Shown: one piece after another, positions 51,041 through 63,638 of the stretch
Position numbering within the stretch: position 1 is the first letter of the stretch
Layout of the letters: each line of letters starts with the position of its first letter
Origin: Candidatus Saccharimonadota bacterium
Lineage (GTDB): Bacteria; Patescibacteriota; Saccharimonadia; CAILAD01; GCA-016700035
Direction: 5' to 3'
Length of the DNA stretch: 64,000 nucleotides
NCBI GenBank assembly: GCA_046350755.1
Contig: JAXLZV010000001.1
Location: forward strand, 160,216-224,215
Program-made: the position numbers and the translations under genes
The notes under the pieces: generated by a model
The model's input: only the letters and a program-made list of their open reading frames with translations
Told to the model about the DNA's origin: nothing
Database searches by the model: none

Positions 51041-51330
51041 TTCAATACCCTCGGAACCTGAATATAGCCGTCGACGTGCAAGGGCGCTCGCTGCAATAAT
51101 TCCTCTCTGGGAATAGAGCATGCTACCACCTCGTCTGGCCGCAAGACATCTACCAAGCCCGTCACCTGGCTGGTTTCGGCCACCCCCTCAGTTTCAACTG
51201 ACTGCAATTGATCAACAAAACCGACCACTTCACTCAGCTCTTTTGTGAGGGCTGGTAAAGTATTGTCCTCAACGCGAACTCTTGCCAAGCGAGCAATTCG
51301 CGCCACATCAGCTTCAGTTAGTCTACTCAT
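51037..51330 (-). CDS. gatC: Asp/Glu-tRNA amidotransferase subunit C
   Basis: IARLARV, V.T.GV, LRPD, YIQVPRV; upstream of gatA. Confidence 0.92.
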   Translation of the reverse strand: MSRLTEADVARIARLARVRVEDNTLPALTKELSEVVGFVDQLQSVETEGVAETSQVTGLVDVLRPDEVVACSIPREELLQRAPLHVDGYIQVPRVLK

Positions 51331-51372
51331 CAGATTATAGTATACCAATTCTGACGATATGATTCGAGCCGG

Positions 51373-52494
51373 CTATTGGCCGTAGCGCTGCGAATTGACC
51401 AGCCATTTCTTTGTCGAGCTGTCTTGCGCTATCAGCAGGATGTAATTTTGCGTGTAGGTGGTATCCGGAGCGTAGTCTGACTTTGTCACAAATGTCACGG
51501 TTTCGATGATCTCATACTGATCGCCTTTCTTCTCGGTATTTACCCGGCGATAGGTTGTTGGATAATTGAATTTTCGAGCCGAGGGACTGACTTGACCGAA
51601 ATCATATTCGGCGGCGAAGGCTGTCGTCATATACTTGCGCATTTCTGTCGTATTCCCTGCGATAAAGGCCTGGGTCCAGCTGGCCATCGCCTCTTCAGCA
51701 TTGGCTTGGTTTTGCTTCTGCTGATCAGCTGCAGTCTTCTCGGCTTCCGCCTTAGCGTCAGCTTCGCTAAGCGTTGATTTGTGAGCTGATATCACTGTCG
51801 TCATACGTTCTGACAGGGTGAAATAACTATCGGGAAAATTCTCCTTCAGAACCGATATTTCTTGCTTCGCATCATCGACAGTCAGCTTCGTCTTCGTGGC
51901 CAGACTTTTGAGTTCATCAAGGTTGGATTCGCTGGCCTGACTCAGATCACCAGCTAACTTACGCGAGGCAACGGTATACTCCTTGAGCTCAGTCACCGTC
52001 GCGCTATATTGCCGCAAAGCCGCCGCATCGGTAAATAATTTTGGTAATTTTGCTTCGGCATCGAGACTATCATCAAGCCGATCCTGCATATCACCAAGAC
52101 TATTTTCTACGGCACCAAAACTATCATAGGTAGCCTTCTCAGCTTCGACCGCAACTCGATCAGCCGCCGCCGCAAGTCGTCGCCAATCGGAGCTCATGTA
52201 GTCCTGGGCGAGCTGACGATTGCGTAGCCACAGCCCCACGATGGCAAGTGCAATCAAGACCGATACCACTCCTAATATAATGCCCCACACTTTTGGTCGT
52301 TTATACCAGGGCCGCAAATCAGTCTTCTTTGGCTTCTCCATGCCATCGGTCAGTTCAGCCGCTTGAGGCGCATTCGTTTCCGGTGGGGATACAGCATCGG
52401 TCTCGGCCGATTCAGCCTGAGGCGTATCCTCGAGGCCAAGCTCATCCTCGAGAATTGGTTTATGCTGCGGCTCGTCCGCACCAGACGTATTCAT
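51373..52494 (-). CDS. Hypothetical single-TM protein with extracellular coiled coil
   Basis: Acidic N-terminus, PWYKRP-TM, helical region, small alpha/beta C-terminal domain. Confidence 0.7.
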   Translation of the reverse strand: MNTSGADEPQHKPILEDELGLEDTPQAESAETDAVSPPETNAPQAAELTDGMEKPKKTDLRPWYKRPKVWGIILGVVSVLIALAIVGLWLRNRQLAQDYMSSDWRRLAAAADRVAVEAEKATYDSFGAVENSLGDMQDRLDDSLDAEAKLPKLFTDAAALRQYSATVTELKEYTVASRKLAGDLSQASESNLDELKSLATKTKLTVDDAKQEISVLKENFPDSYFTLSERMTTVISAHKSTLSEADAKAEAEKTAADQQKQNQANAEEAMASWTQAFIAGNTTEMRKYMTTAFAAEYDFGQVSPSARKFNYPTTYRRVNTEKKGDQYEIIETVTFVTKSDYAPDTTYTQNYILLIAQDSSTKKWLVNSQRYGQ

Positions 52495-52526
52495 TACCCT
52501 TATGCTACGCTGCTACGGCGCTGGGT

Positions 52527-55283
<2,757 letters not shown>

Positions 55284-55287
<4 letters not shown>

Positions 55288-56204
55288 GCGTGTTTGCCCA
55301 TTTCTTCCAGTCGTTGGATGCGTTCGGTGGTTGGTGGATGTGTTGAAAAAAGCTTTGCCGCAAAGCCGCGCTGGTCCTTAGCCTTCACATTGTCGCGCAA
55401 AGGGTTGATGATGTACATATTGGCCGTGGCTTTATTGGCTGCTTCTAGCGGCTCAGTATCGGCGGATATTTTCTTCAGGGCATTGGCAAGCCCTTCTGGA
55501 TAGCGCGTCAACAATGCACCCGAAGCGTCCGCAAGAAATTCACGTTTACGGCTTACTGCCAGCTGAATCAAAACCCCAATGATTGGCGCCACAATCGCCA
55601 AGGCCAGGGCTACAAACATAAACAGCGCGTTATTATTACCGCCGCCACCACCATCACCGTCGTCGCCGCCGCCAAACATCCAGCCCCAGCGCAAAAATAA
55701 ATCCGACAGCAATGCGATCACCGACACTAGAACTGCAATCAAGCTCATCAATCGAATATCATAGTTACCGACGTGCGAAAGCTCGTGAGCGATAACGCCT
55801 TCGAGTTCTGTTTTACTCAGCTTGGTGAGCAACCCTGACGTCACACAGATAACTGCATGTTGCGGATCACGACCAGTCGCGAAGGCATTGGGCGCTGTGT
55901 CATCGATAATATAGACCCGTGGTGTCGGCAAACCGGCCGTGATTGCCAAATTCTCGACGATTCGATACAGCTCCGGCGCGGACTTTTTATCAACTTGCTT
56001 AGCGCCCGACGCCGCCAGCACCATCTTGTCGGAGTTATAGTAGCTAATCCAGGTATACAGGATTGATGAACCAACTGCAAAATACAAAATCGCTGGGTTT
56101 CCGGTAGCCCGCGAAAATACCCAGCCGATACCGACCGTAATCAGTAAAAAGGCAATAACCAAGAACGTAGAATTACGTTTGTTGCGCGCGACCTCAGTGT
56201 ACAT
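55284..56204 (-). CDS. htpX: M48 family zinc metalloprotease HtpX
   Basis: PNAFATG, HELSH, SRKREFLAD, THPP; downstream of lemA. Confidence 0.93.
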
Positions 56205-56311
56205 ACTACTATTATACCGTTTTCTCGCTTGAGATGGGGATGTCATCAGCTTAAGCGAGCACTAAAAAGCCCCCGCTCAGCAGGGGACTTTTTAGGTTTG
56301 GATCGTTTAAT

Positions 56312-56902
56312 CTATGCTTTTGGTGTCGTATCGTCAAACTTCACATCAACTGGCTTTTCGACCGCGGCCTTCTCGTCAGCAGCAACTTCGAAGAATTCGT
56401 AGGTATGGAAGCCGAGTGAGTTAGCGATCATATTCGTCGGGAAGACCTTCAGCTTAATATTGAAGTCACGCACGTTGCCATTATAGAAGCGACGCGAAGC
56501 CTGGATCTTATCCTCAGTGTCGACCAGCTCTTGCTGTAGCTGTAGGAAGTTCTGATTAGCCTTCAGGTCTGGGTAGTTTTCAGCTACCGCAAACAAACTT
56601 TTGAGCGTCCCAGACAGCATATTATCAGCCTCGGCTTGCTTGGCCAGATCGCCCTCTGGAGCTGCAATCGCCTGATTACGAGCCTTTGTCACATTCTCGA
56701 GAACTTCTTTTTCGTGCTTGGCATAGCCCTTCACGGTCTCGACAATGTTTGGAATCAGATCGAGTCGACGCTTCATCTGAACGGTGATGTCTGACAGCGC
56801 CTCATCGACTCGGGTGTGTGCCTTGACGAGACCATTGTAGGTCGCCCACAACCAAATCGCGATCACTACGACCAGTGCTAAAACGATATAAATAATGACC
56901 AT
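56312..56902 (-). CDS. lemA: LemA family protein
   Basis: TM, YNGLV, RRLDLIPN, ENYPDLKA, RRFYN. Confidence 0.95.
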   Translation of the reverse strand: MVIIYIVLALVVVIAIWLWATYNGLVKAHTRVDEALSDITVQMKRRLDLIPNIVETVKGYAKHEKEVLENVTKARNQAIAAPEGDLAKQAEADNMLSGTLKSLFAVAENYPDLKANQNFLQLQQELVDTEDKIQASRRFYNGNVRDFNIKLKVFPTNMIANSLGFHTYEFFEVAADEKAAVEKPVDVKFDDTTPKA

Positions 56903-57020
56903 TGATAACTCCTTACTAGATTGCTTTCATTGTAACGCAACCGACAAGCCACTACTAGAGAATTTCTACAGCTCATCGACCTATTTACCCCAGGATATGA
57001 CCAGCACGCCGACCAGATCC

Positions 57021-57094
57021 TGGAGGCACCTACCGGAATTGAACCGGTGTACGCGGTTTTGCAGACCGCTGCGTAACCACTCCGCCAAGGTGCC
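57021..57094 (-). tRNA. tRNA-Cys (GCA)
   Basis: GCGGT-CTGCAAA-ACCGC anticodon arm, U73, CCA. Confidence 0.95.
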
Positions 57095-57190
57095 GAAGCG
57101 CGTTGACATTATACCTTATCAGGTGGGAAACATTGAAATTTATCTGAAAATCGGCTACTATTATGCAGTTCGCACCTTCTGTTTTGACGA

Positions 57191-57266
57191 GGCACCTTAG
57201 CTCAGTTGGTAGAGCGACGGCCTGAAGAGCCGTGCGTCGTAGGTTCGATTCCTACAGGTGCCACCA
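57191..57266 (+). tRNA. tRNA-Phe (GAA)
   Basis: ACGGC-CTGAAGA-GCCGT, GTTCGAT, CCA. Confidence 0.95.
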
Positions 57267-57280
57267 GAATATTTTTGCAC

Positions 57281-57356
57281 GCGGGTGTAGCTCAGCTGAT
57301 AGAGCGCTTCCTTGCCAAGGAAGAGGCCCCGGGTTTGAGTCCCGGTACCCGCACCA
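57281..57356 (+). tRNA. tRNA-Gly (GCC)
   Basis: CTTCC-TTGCCAA-GGAAG, CCA; hairpin terminator follows. Confidence 0.93.
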
Positions 57357-57407
57357 GTTTTTTTCATTAGACCCTGCGCGGGTCTTTTTATTTGCTATAC
57401 TCCTGCT

Positions 57408-57860
57408 ATGAGTAAGGCCGACGAACGGAATGACATCACTGTCGAGCAGTACATTGCCTCTCTCGAAGATGCAACGCTGCAAAACGACGCGCTAACTATC
57501 GCCGAGATCATGCAGCGCATCAGTGGCGAAAAGTCTCAACTGTACGGCTACGGCACGATAGGCTTCGGTGTCTACAAATATCATTACGAGAGTGGCCGCA
57601 AGGGTGAAGCCCACACCCTCGCCTTCTACCCTAGGAAAGGTAAAATTACCGTTTATCTCATGGATGGCACGACACGTCACGCACAGCTCCTCGCCAAACT
57701 CGGGAAGCACATGATTACCGGCTACTGCATTTATTTCAAGCGGCTCAGCGACATCGAGCTACCGATCCTCGAGCAGATCATTCAAGCTTCCTACGATCAC
57801 ATTACTGACCTTTCGAAGGATGGTCCCATCACTCAGAACATGTGGCGAACCGAGAAATAG
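57408..57860 (+). CDS. DUF1801 (YdhG-like) protein
   Basis: IGFGVYKYHYESGRKG, FYPRK, LGKH, CIYFKRLSDI. Confidence 0.85.
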   Translation: MSKADERNDITVEQYIASLEDATLQNDALTIAEIMQRISGEKSQLYGYGTIGFGVYKYHYESGRKGEAHTLAFYPRKGKITVYLMDGTTRHAQLLAKLGKHMITGYCIYFKRLSDIELPILEQIIQASYDHITDLSKDGPITQNMWRTEK

Positions 57861-57864
57861 TCAC

Positions 57865-58293
57865 CTACTCCGCCAGCTGCACGAATACATAATCCAGCGA
57901 CTCTTTGACTACCGTCATAGTGATGATGATTACGAGCAAGCCGACGAAGCCACTCACCTCCACTGCCCCGCCAAACACTAGCTCAATCACCCAGAGAAAC
58001 ACAAACTTCGAGCCGAAGAGCACTAGCCAGCTGCCGAACCAGAAGCCAGCGTTCTTCGGCGCTTTCGTCAGCTGTTGTACCCAGCTGGCGAAGCTTTTTT
58101 TAAAACGCAGAGTCAGGTAAGTTAGAACCTGCATAACGAGCGCGACCAGAAAGGTCGTCGAATATGAACGAGTAGTGAGAATATTCGTGTAGTCATTAAA
58201 GAAGCCGAGCACGACGGCATACACCAGCGTGCCGAACACCATCTCACGAAACAGGGCTTGGCGCGGAGTCATAGCGCGTAATGAGGCTTTCAT
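57865..58293 (-). CDS. Hypothetical membrane protein
   Basis: 4 hydrophobic segments; TATAAT 6 nt before ATG. Confidence 0.7.
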   Translation of the reverse strand: MKASLRAMTPRQALFREMVFGTLVYAVVLGFFNDYTNILTTRSYSTTFLVALVMQVLTYLTLRFKKSFASWVQQLTKAPKNAGFWFGSWLVLFGSKFVFLWVIELVFGGAVEVSGFVGLLVIIITMTVVKESLDYVFVQLAE

Positions 58294-58375
58294 GACGTCA
58301 TTATAGCTGGTCCCTGAAGCTAAAAGCATAATCTTATTCGCAACTTTTGCAACTTTTATCTATACTTAAGCACAA

Positions 58376-59356
58376 ATGCGCCACTACAACGCCATCTCAC
58401 GCATCAAAAAGGGTCGAAAATTCGTCTACATTGGCAAAGATGGTGAGGTGCGCAACAAAAAGACACTGGCCTATATCGAGTCGCTCGCCATTCCGCCGGC
58501 TTGGGATGCGGTAACGATCTCCAGTTCACCAAATGCCAAGGTTCTCGCCACCGGCCAAGACGCAGCTGGACGCTCACAGTCGATATACAACCCAAAGTTT
58601 CGCGCTCGGCAGGAAAAGCTAAAGTTTGACCGCATTCTCCGCTTTGCCGATGCTCTGCCTCGCCTGCGCCGTCAAATCAATACCGACCTGAGTCGCAAGC
58701 GCTTAGTCAAAGAAAAAGTATTAGCCTGTATCGTACGGCTCATCGATGAAGCCTATTTCCGCGTCGGCAACGAAAAATACGCCCGTGAAAACCACAGCTA
58801 TGGCATCACTACCCTACGCTCTAAGCACACCGACGTAACCGGCAGCACTGTGACGTTTGATTTTATCGGCAAAAGCGGCAAGCAACACATTAAGTCCATC
58901 ACCGATAAGCAGGTGGCGCGGATCGTCAAGCAGCTCGATGAGCTCCCTGGCTATGAGGTTTTTCGCTATATCGATCACGAAGGTAAGCTACACGACATCG
59001 ATAGCGCCGACGTCAATGAGTACATCAAGCAATACATGGGCGAAGAATTCAGCGCCAAGGATTTTCGAACCTGGGGCGGTACACTACTCGCCACCAGTGA
59101 ACTCCTAGCCTGCGAGCGCTTTCGCCACCGAGCCGATCGACAGCGCCAGGTGGTTGAGGTCGTACGTAATGTCGCCGAGCGACTCGGTAATACCCCAGCC
59201 GTCGCCCGCGGTAGCTACATCGATCCACGCGTGATTGAAGCCTACACCGAATCAACCCGACTGGAGAAAATCAAAGTCGCCATGGAAAAGATGCGCCCTA
59301 AAAAATACATGAGTCGCGACGAACAGGCAGTCTTGCGCCTCTTAGAAATCAGTTAA
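58376..59356 (+). CDS. DNA topoisomerase IB (bacterial/poxvirus-like)
   Basis: IPPAW, DAAGR.Q, FRVGN, FIGKSG, KDFRTW, LGNT, SYIDP (catalytic Tyr). Confidence 0.93.
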   Translation: MRHYNAISRIKKGRKFVYIGKDGEVRNKKTLAYIESLAIPPAWDAVTISSSPNAKVLATGQDAAGRSQSIYNPKFRARQEKLKFDRILRFADALPRLRRQINTDLSRKRLVKEKVLACIVRLIDEAYFRVGNEKYARENHSYGITTLRSKHTDVTGSTVTFDFIGKSGKQHIKSITDKQVARIVKQLDELPGYEVFRYIDHEGKLHDIDSADVNEYIKQYMGEEFSAKDFRTWGGTLLATSELLACERFRHRADRQRQVVEVVRNVAERLGNTPAVARGSYIDPRVIEAYTESTRLEKIKVAMEKMRPKKYMSRDEQAVLRLLEIS

Positions 59357-59374
59357 GCCAACAACCGAGACTAT

Positions 59375-60397
59375 TTATGAGAAACTTTGCTGACTAAGCT
59401 TAATCATCTTGCGGTAATACGCATATGGGTAATTCAGCTTTCCGAAGCCTGGCAGTCCATGCTTTAACAGCAGATAACGCACCTGAGCGGGTGAGAGTAC
59501 ACGTACTTCCGCTAGTTCAGCAGGCTGAATCACAAAGTTTGGTGTACTATCGAGGTGAATGTGGTATGACCAAAGATGAGTTTTTGAGTAGCGACGGAAT
59601 TGTGGATGGGAGTGGTTCCAACGCCGCCGCTCGAGTAGCCGCATCGCATCAGTTTTGACCTCTATGCCGAGTTCTTCGGCTATTTCCCGCCGCATCGCCC
59701 GCTCCGGCGTCTCACCACCATCAACCGCTCCACCGACCGAAATGTCTAGTCGGCCTGGCGACAGAATAATTTGTGGTGAGCGTTTCTCCACGACAAAGCC
59801 AGCTGGAGTCGTAATGATGGCATGACAAGATCTGTGCCATAAGTCTGGATCCGCACTGGCCCATGATATTGGCAGCTGATAACCAAGCTCCCGGTCATCC
59901 CGATCTACGATATCAACCCAGCCCAACTGCGTGACCTCACGCACGAGCTCATCAACGCGCTGAGTAATCGTTCTGTATGTTCGCTCTGCAATATCGTCCT
60001 GCGCGCGGTGATCCGCGAGGTTGAGCCGATGCTTATGACCAAACTCATACCAATCATCGATATGCCAGCTTTTGGCTTTATGATGGTTAAACTCGAATCG
60101 TTTTTTCGCATCACGTAGAATGTCAGTTTGCATAAAAATAATAAGGTCCGGCCGAGATAGGCTCTCATGAGTGGTCTGAATCCTCACTGGCGACAGCCTG
60201 AGATCTAGCTTGTGATGCTGCGCGATGTGAGCAACCAGCGGTGAAATAGTGTGACGATGAGGGTAATGCTTGGAAGCTTCAATGCCACTGCACGAAAACT
60301 CAACGTTTTTCAGCTTGAGCGTCTGGGCGTAGAGTAAGGCCAAGCGACTGCGGTAGATATTCCCCCGACACACAAAATGAATATGTCTTTTTGTCAT
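59375..60397 (-). CDS. LMW-PTP/ArsC-fold plus Nudix fusion protein
   Basis: FVCRGNIYRS (CX5R); GGAVDGGETPERAMRREIAEELGI Nudix box. Confidence 0.8.
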   Translation of the reverse strand: MTKRHIHFVCRGNIYRSRLALLYAQTLKLKNVEFSCSGIEASKHYPHRHTISPLVAHIAQHHKLDLRLSPVRIQTTHESLSRPDLIIFMQTDILRDAKKRFEFNHHKAKSWHIDDWYEFGHKHRLNLADHRAQDDIAERTYRTITQRVDELVREVTQLGWVDIVDRDDRELGYQLPISWASADPDLWHRSCHAIITTPAGFVVEKRSPQIILSPGRLDISVGGAVDGGETPERAMRREIAEELGIEVKTDAMRLLERRRWNHSHPQFRRYSKTHLWSYHIHLDSTPNFVIQPAELAEVRVLSPAQVRYLLLKHGLPGFGKLNYPYAYYRKMIKLSQQSFS

Positions 60398-60645
60398 AAT
60401 ACTTATCCTTAGTATATCAGCCAGCAAATTTGCTTAGAACCTTAAGTAGAACAGGGTTTAAATATATTGCTTTTTTATACCTTTTATGCTATAATATGAG
60501 CCTCACCTTGAGAAGGCGGCTATCTGGTATCTCTCCTGGAATCAACTAGGAAACACTTATCTGATACTAATCTGTCCAACAGATAGCAGATAGCCGTCTT
60601 CACCTGAAGGCGCGTCCACTCTGGATCCGCCCTAGGAGGGTGAAA

Positions 60646-61662
60646 ATGAACCTGAACAAGAAGATGCTGAGTCGGCTCATGCTGGTTCTGATGCTGGCCC
60701 TCGGGCTGACATCGGCCGCCTGTGCCGCACCATCCCCTCCCACCTGGGAGAACCCAACCACGTGGGATTTCACGCTGCACGTCAGCGTGACTTCTGACAT
60801 GGTCACCAAGTACGGTGGCCTGACTGGCGTCCGCGCCAAGGTCGACCAACAGCTCGTCACCGTGAACCAGCACTACGCTGGCTTCGACAAGCCCATCCGT
60901 TGGATCGTCAAGGACCTGGTGGTCTACTCTGGATCCGCATTGACCCAAGCTCAGCTCGGGACAAATGGGGCCAACTACTCCCTCACCTACACCGAACAAC
61001 CGGTGCCCGAGAATGGTGGTTGGCGGCCATGGATCTACTCGATCATCATCAATTGGCTTCCGACCGACGGTGGTGTCTTCGGACAGTACGGTGCCTCCTC
61101 GCTGATCCACGAACTGGGTCACGCGCGAGGCGGTATCGACATGTATGGACTGCGAGTCGATGGGGTGAACAATCCCGTCAATGGTGCAGCCTATGTGCCA
61201 CCGGCCAGCTGGATGAATCTGTGGTACCTCCCCGAGCAGCAGCTCTGGGATCAGTACACCAGGAACATCGTCAACGCTTCGGCGACGACGGTGTACAATG
61301 ACGACCGAGTCGTCATGAACTCGCTGCCTGCAACCTATCGGGTCAAGGTGGTGAATTCCAGCGGCAACCTGGTTCCCAACGCGACAGTGTCGGTCTACCC
61401 GGTGGATTGGTTCGCCTACAAGGTGACGCCAACCGCCATCATGGCCGGTACCAGTGCTACGAACGGTCTCTGGACTCTCCCGTCCGACCCGTTCGGTCCA
61501 TCGCTGAGTGCTCCCAAGTGGCACCTCTGGCGCCCGCTCGTCTTGGTGACGGCTTCGGTCGGCACCCAGAAGGGCTACGCCTGGCTGTCACTGCCAGACG
61601 CCGGGAACGCGTACTTCGCGAACCCGACCGCACCCTTCCAGCTGACCGTCGTGGTTGGCTAA
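60646..61662 (+). CDS. Putative lipoprotein zincin metallopeptidase
   Basis: Signal peptide ending SAAC, HELGH motif, C-terminal beta-sandwich; AGGAGG SD. Confidence 0.75.
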   Translation: MNLNKKMLSRLMLVLMLALGLTSAACAAPSPPTWENPTTWDFTLHVSVTSDMVTKYGGLTGVRAKVDQQLVTVNQHYAGFDKPIRWIVKDLVVYSGSALTQAQLGTNGANYSLTYTEQPVPENGGWRPWIYSIIINWLPTDGGVFGQYGASSLIHELGHARGGIDMYGLRVDGVNNPVNGAAYVPPASWMNLWYLPEQQLWDQYTRNIVNASATTVYNDDRVVMNSLPATYRVKVVNSSGNLVPNATVSVYPVDWFAYKVTPTAIMAGTSATNGLWTLPSDPFGPSLSAPKWHLWRPLVLVTASVGTQKGYAWLSLPDAGNAYFANPTAPFQLTVVVG

Positions 61663-61681
61663 GCTTCTGTCCTGTTTCATA

Positions 61682-61716
61682 AGGCCCCTGGGGCGCTTCG
61701 GCGCCCTTGGGGTCTT
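61682..61716 (+). terminator. GC-rich hairpin terminator
   Basis: GGCCCC...GGGCGC-TTCG-GCGCCC...GGGGTCTT. Confidence 0.65.
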
Positions 61717-61769
61717 CTACTTTATACTCATGGCTGGTCAAGGTATAATCACTCGGTAGTAGGCAACTT

Positions 61770-61846
61770 GGGTAATTAGCTCAGCTGGTTAGAGCGCTGC
61801 ATTCACATTGCAGAGGTCACAGGTTCGAGTCCTGTATTACCCACCA
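61770..61846 (+). tRNA. tRNA-Val (CAC)
   Basis: CTGCA-TTCACAT-TGCAG, GTTCGAG, CCA. Confidence 0.93.
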
Positions 61847-61847
61847 C

Positions 61848-61923
61848 GGGGCTATAGCTCAGCTGATAGAGCGCTGCATTCGCATTGCAGAGGTCGGGAG
61901 TTTGAATCTCCCTAGCTCCACCA
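61848..61923 (+). tRNA. tRNA-Ala (CGC)
   Basis: GGGGCTA/TAGCTCC with G3:U70, CTGCA-TTCGCAT-TGCAG, CCA. Confidence 0.93.
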
Positions 61924-61965
61924 CCGTTGAAATCTCGATTATTTCAGGTTATAATATGTCGACTT

Positions 61966-62042
61966 GGGTGATTAGCTCAGCTGGCTAGAGCATCTCGTTT
62001 ACACCGAGAGGGTCGGGGGTTCGAGTCCCTCATCACCCACCA
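61966..62042 (+). tRNA. tRNA-Val (TAC)
   Basis: TCTCG-TTTACAC-CGAGA, GTTCGAG, CCA. Confidence 0.95.
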
Positions 62043-62072
62043 TAAAAAGTGCCCCTTGCGGGGCTCTTTTTT

Positions 62073-62384
62073 TTACGATTTCTGCTGAGTATCTGGGTTT
62101 TCTGCTGGTGAAACAACTGGCGTTTGCCCCGTCTCATACCGCTCAGCCGCCGGCACTACCGGGACCTCCCCACTATCGGCTCGCGTCTGAAGATCCTGCA
62201 CGCGGGCTTCCTGACGGGCCTTCATCGCGACATCATCCTCCGCCTTAGCTTGTGCTAGTTCGGCCGGGGTTGCAGCCCTTTCGCCTAACATCATCTTCTT
62301 AAGTCGATCAGCTAGTCCGATGTGCTCTCGCTTATCTTTGAGCTGACCTTCTCCGTTGCCTGGCTGTGATTGTTCTGGGTTCAT
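62073..62384 (-). CDS. Hypothetical protein
   Basis: AAGGAG SD, 103-aa ORF, shared terminator at about 62044-62073. Confidence 0.6.
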   Translation of the reverse strand: MNPEQSQPGNGEGQLKDKREHIGLADRLKKMMLGERAATPAELAQAKAEDDVAMKARQEARVQDLQTRADSGEVPVVPAAERYETGQTPVVSPAENPDTQQKS

Positions 62385-62441
62385 AGTAAGACTCTCCTTT
62401 TCTTCGAGAATAGTGTATCATAGTGGCGTTCCCGCTATCTC

Positions 62442-62526
62442 GGGCGAGTGGTGGAATTGGTATACACGACGGACTTAAAATCCGTTGCCGCAAGGCTTGT
62501 GGGTTCGAGTCCCACCTCGCCCACCA
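62442..62526 (+). tRNA. tRNA-Leu (TAA)
   Basis: ACGGA-CTTAAAA-TCCGT, long variable arm, CCA. Confidence 0.95.
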
Positions 62527-62585
62527 TACTTATGAATATGCCCCAGACCTCGATGAGGCCTGGGGCATGGTCGTAAAGAAACGAG

Positions 62586-62885
62586 CTAGTCGCGCGGATC
62601 CATGGCAGCAACAGCGCCACCCGTGACAATGATTGTCCGGCGTGTCTCGACTCGGCTGAGCCGGTCTGTCAGCTCACCAACCAAGTCTTCAAGCTCGGCT
62701 ATGCGCCGATCCTTATGTCGATGCCGGACATTAGCGGCGTGCAGCTGCGACTGAACCTCGAGAAAACGAGTATGTCCTGCATCGAGACGCCGCTCAAGCT
62801 CAACGATTTGACGCTTGGCGCGCAATGCGCAGTCTTCATGACAACATGGTTGCTCGATTCCATTCTGGGGTTCTGAATGAGACAT
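62586..62885 (-). CDS. Hypothetical coiled-coil protein
   Basis: TTGAGT-17-TACTAT promoter, GTACCT leader, GAAAGG; hairpin at about 62538-62568. Confidence 0.55.
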   Translation of the reverse strand: MSHSEPQNGIEQPCCHEDCALRAKRQIVELERRLDAGHTRFLEVQSQLHAANVRHRHKDRRIAELEDLVGELTDRLSRVETRRTIIVTGGAVAAMDPRD

Positions 62886-63020
62886 TTCTGCCTTTCACAT
62901 AAGGTACACGGACTCACCATAGTAGCGAATATCTTAGCTTTACTCAAGCCCAAACGAGTTGGGGCAATTGCAAAAAATCGTGGTACAGTCTAGACTTAAG
63001 CATAAGAAATATCCAGCAAC

Positions 63021-63638
63021 ATGTCACGTAAGAAAGCCAACCTCTCCATCACACACGCCCTCCAGCACGGCTGGGAAGCGACTTCGAAGTACATTGGCTT
63101 CTATATTACTTTCGTCCTCTTGATTGTGCTGTTTAGTCTCCTGCCGCCGGTATTTTCGTCTTTCTTTGACAACAGCATCTACACCCCGGTCATTCAAGGT
63201 ATCTTCATTGTCCTGATCGCGATGCTGACACTCGGAATCGTCCGCACAACTCTCCGCAGCATCGACAAAAAAGAAGAGCCGACCATCAAAGAGCTCTTTC
63301 GCATGCATATGTTCTTCCGCTACATGGGCGCCGCCCTACTGTATCTATTCATGTTTATCGGCGGACTCTTCCTGTTCATCGTGCCAGGCATCTACTGGGG
63401 ACTCAAGTATCAATTCGCCACATATCTAGTGATAGATAAAAAGCTGAGCATCATGGATTCATTTGAAGAATCGGCTAAACTTGTCGAAGGTTATGAATGG
63501 GATCTCTTCGGCTACTGGCTGGTGATGTTTCTCTTAAACCTCGTCGGTCTACTCTTCTTCGTAGTCGGGCTCGTGATCACCTTACCCGTGACATTAGCCG
63601 GCTACACTTACTTGTATCGCCAGCTTCGCAAGGCCTAA
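63021..63638 (+). CDS. Hypothetical membrane protein (DUF975-like)
   Basis: LFIVPGIYW, S..ES.KLV.G, GL.ITLP, Y.YLY pattern. Confidence 0.75.
   Translation: MSRKKANLSITHALQHGWEATSKYIGFYITFVLLIVLFSLLPPVFSSFFDNSIYTPVIQGIFIVLIAMLTLGIVRTTLRSIDKKEEPTIKELFRMHMFFRYMGAALLYLFMFIGGLFLFIVPGIYWGLKYQFATYLVIDKKLSIMDSFEESAKLVEGYEWDLFGYWLVMFLLNLVGLLFFVVGLVITLPVTLAGYTYLYRQLRKA

Noticed and set aside
58376-59356. Possible tyrosine integrase next to tRNAs
   Set aside because: Motifs match Topo IB; no att repeats seen
60520-61524. 334-aa antisense ORF over the lipoprotein peptidase
   Set aside because: The plus-strand gene has promoter, SD, lipobox and HEXXH; the antisense frame has none
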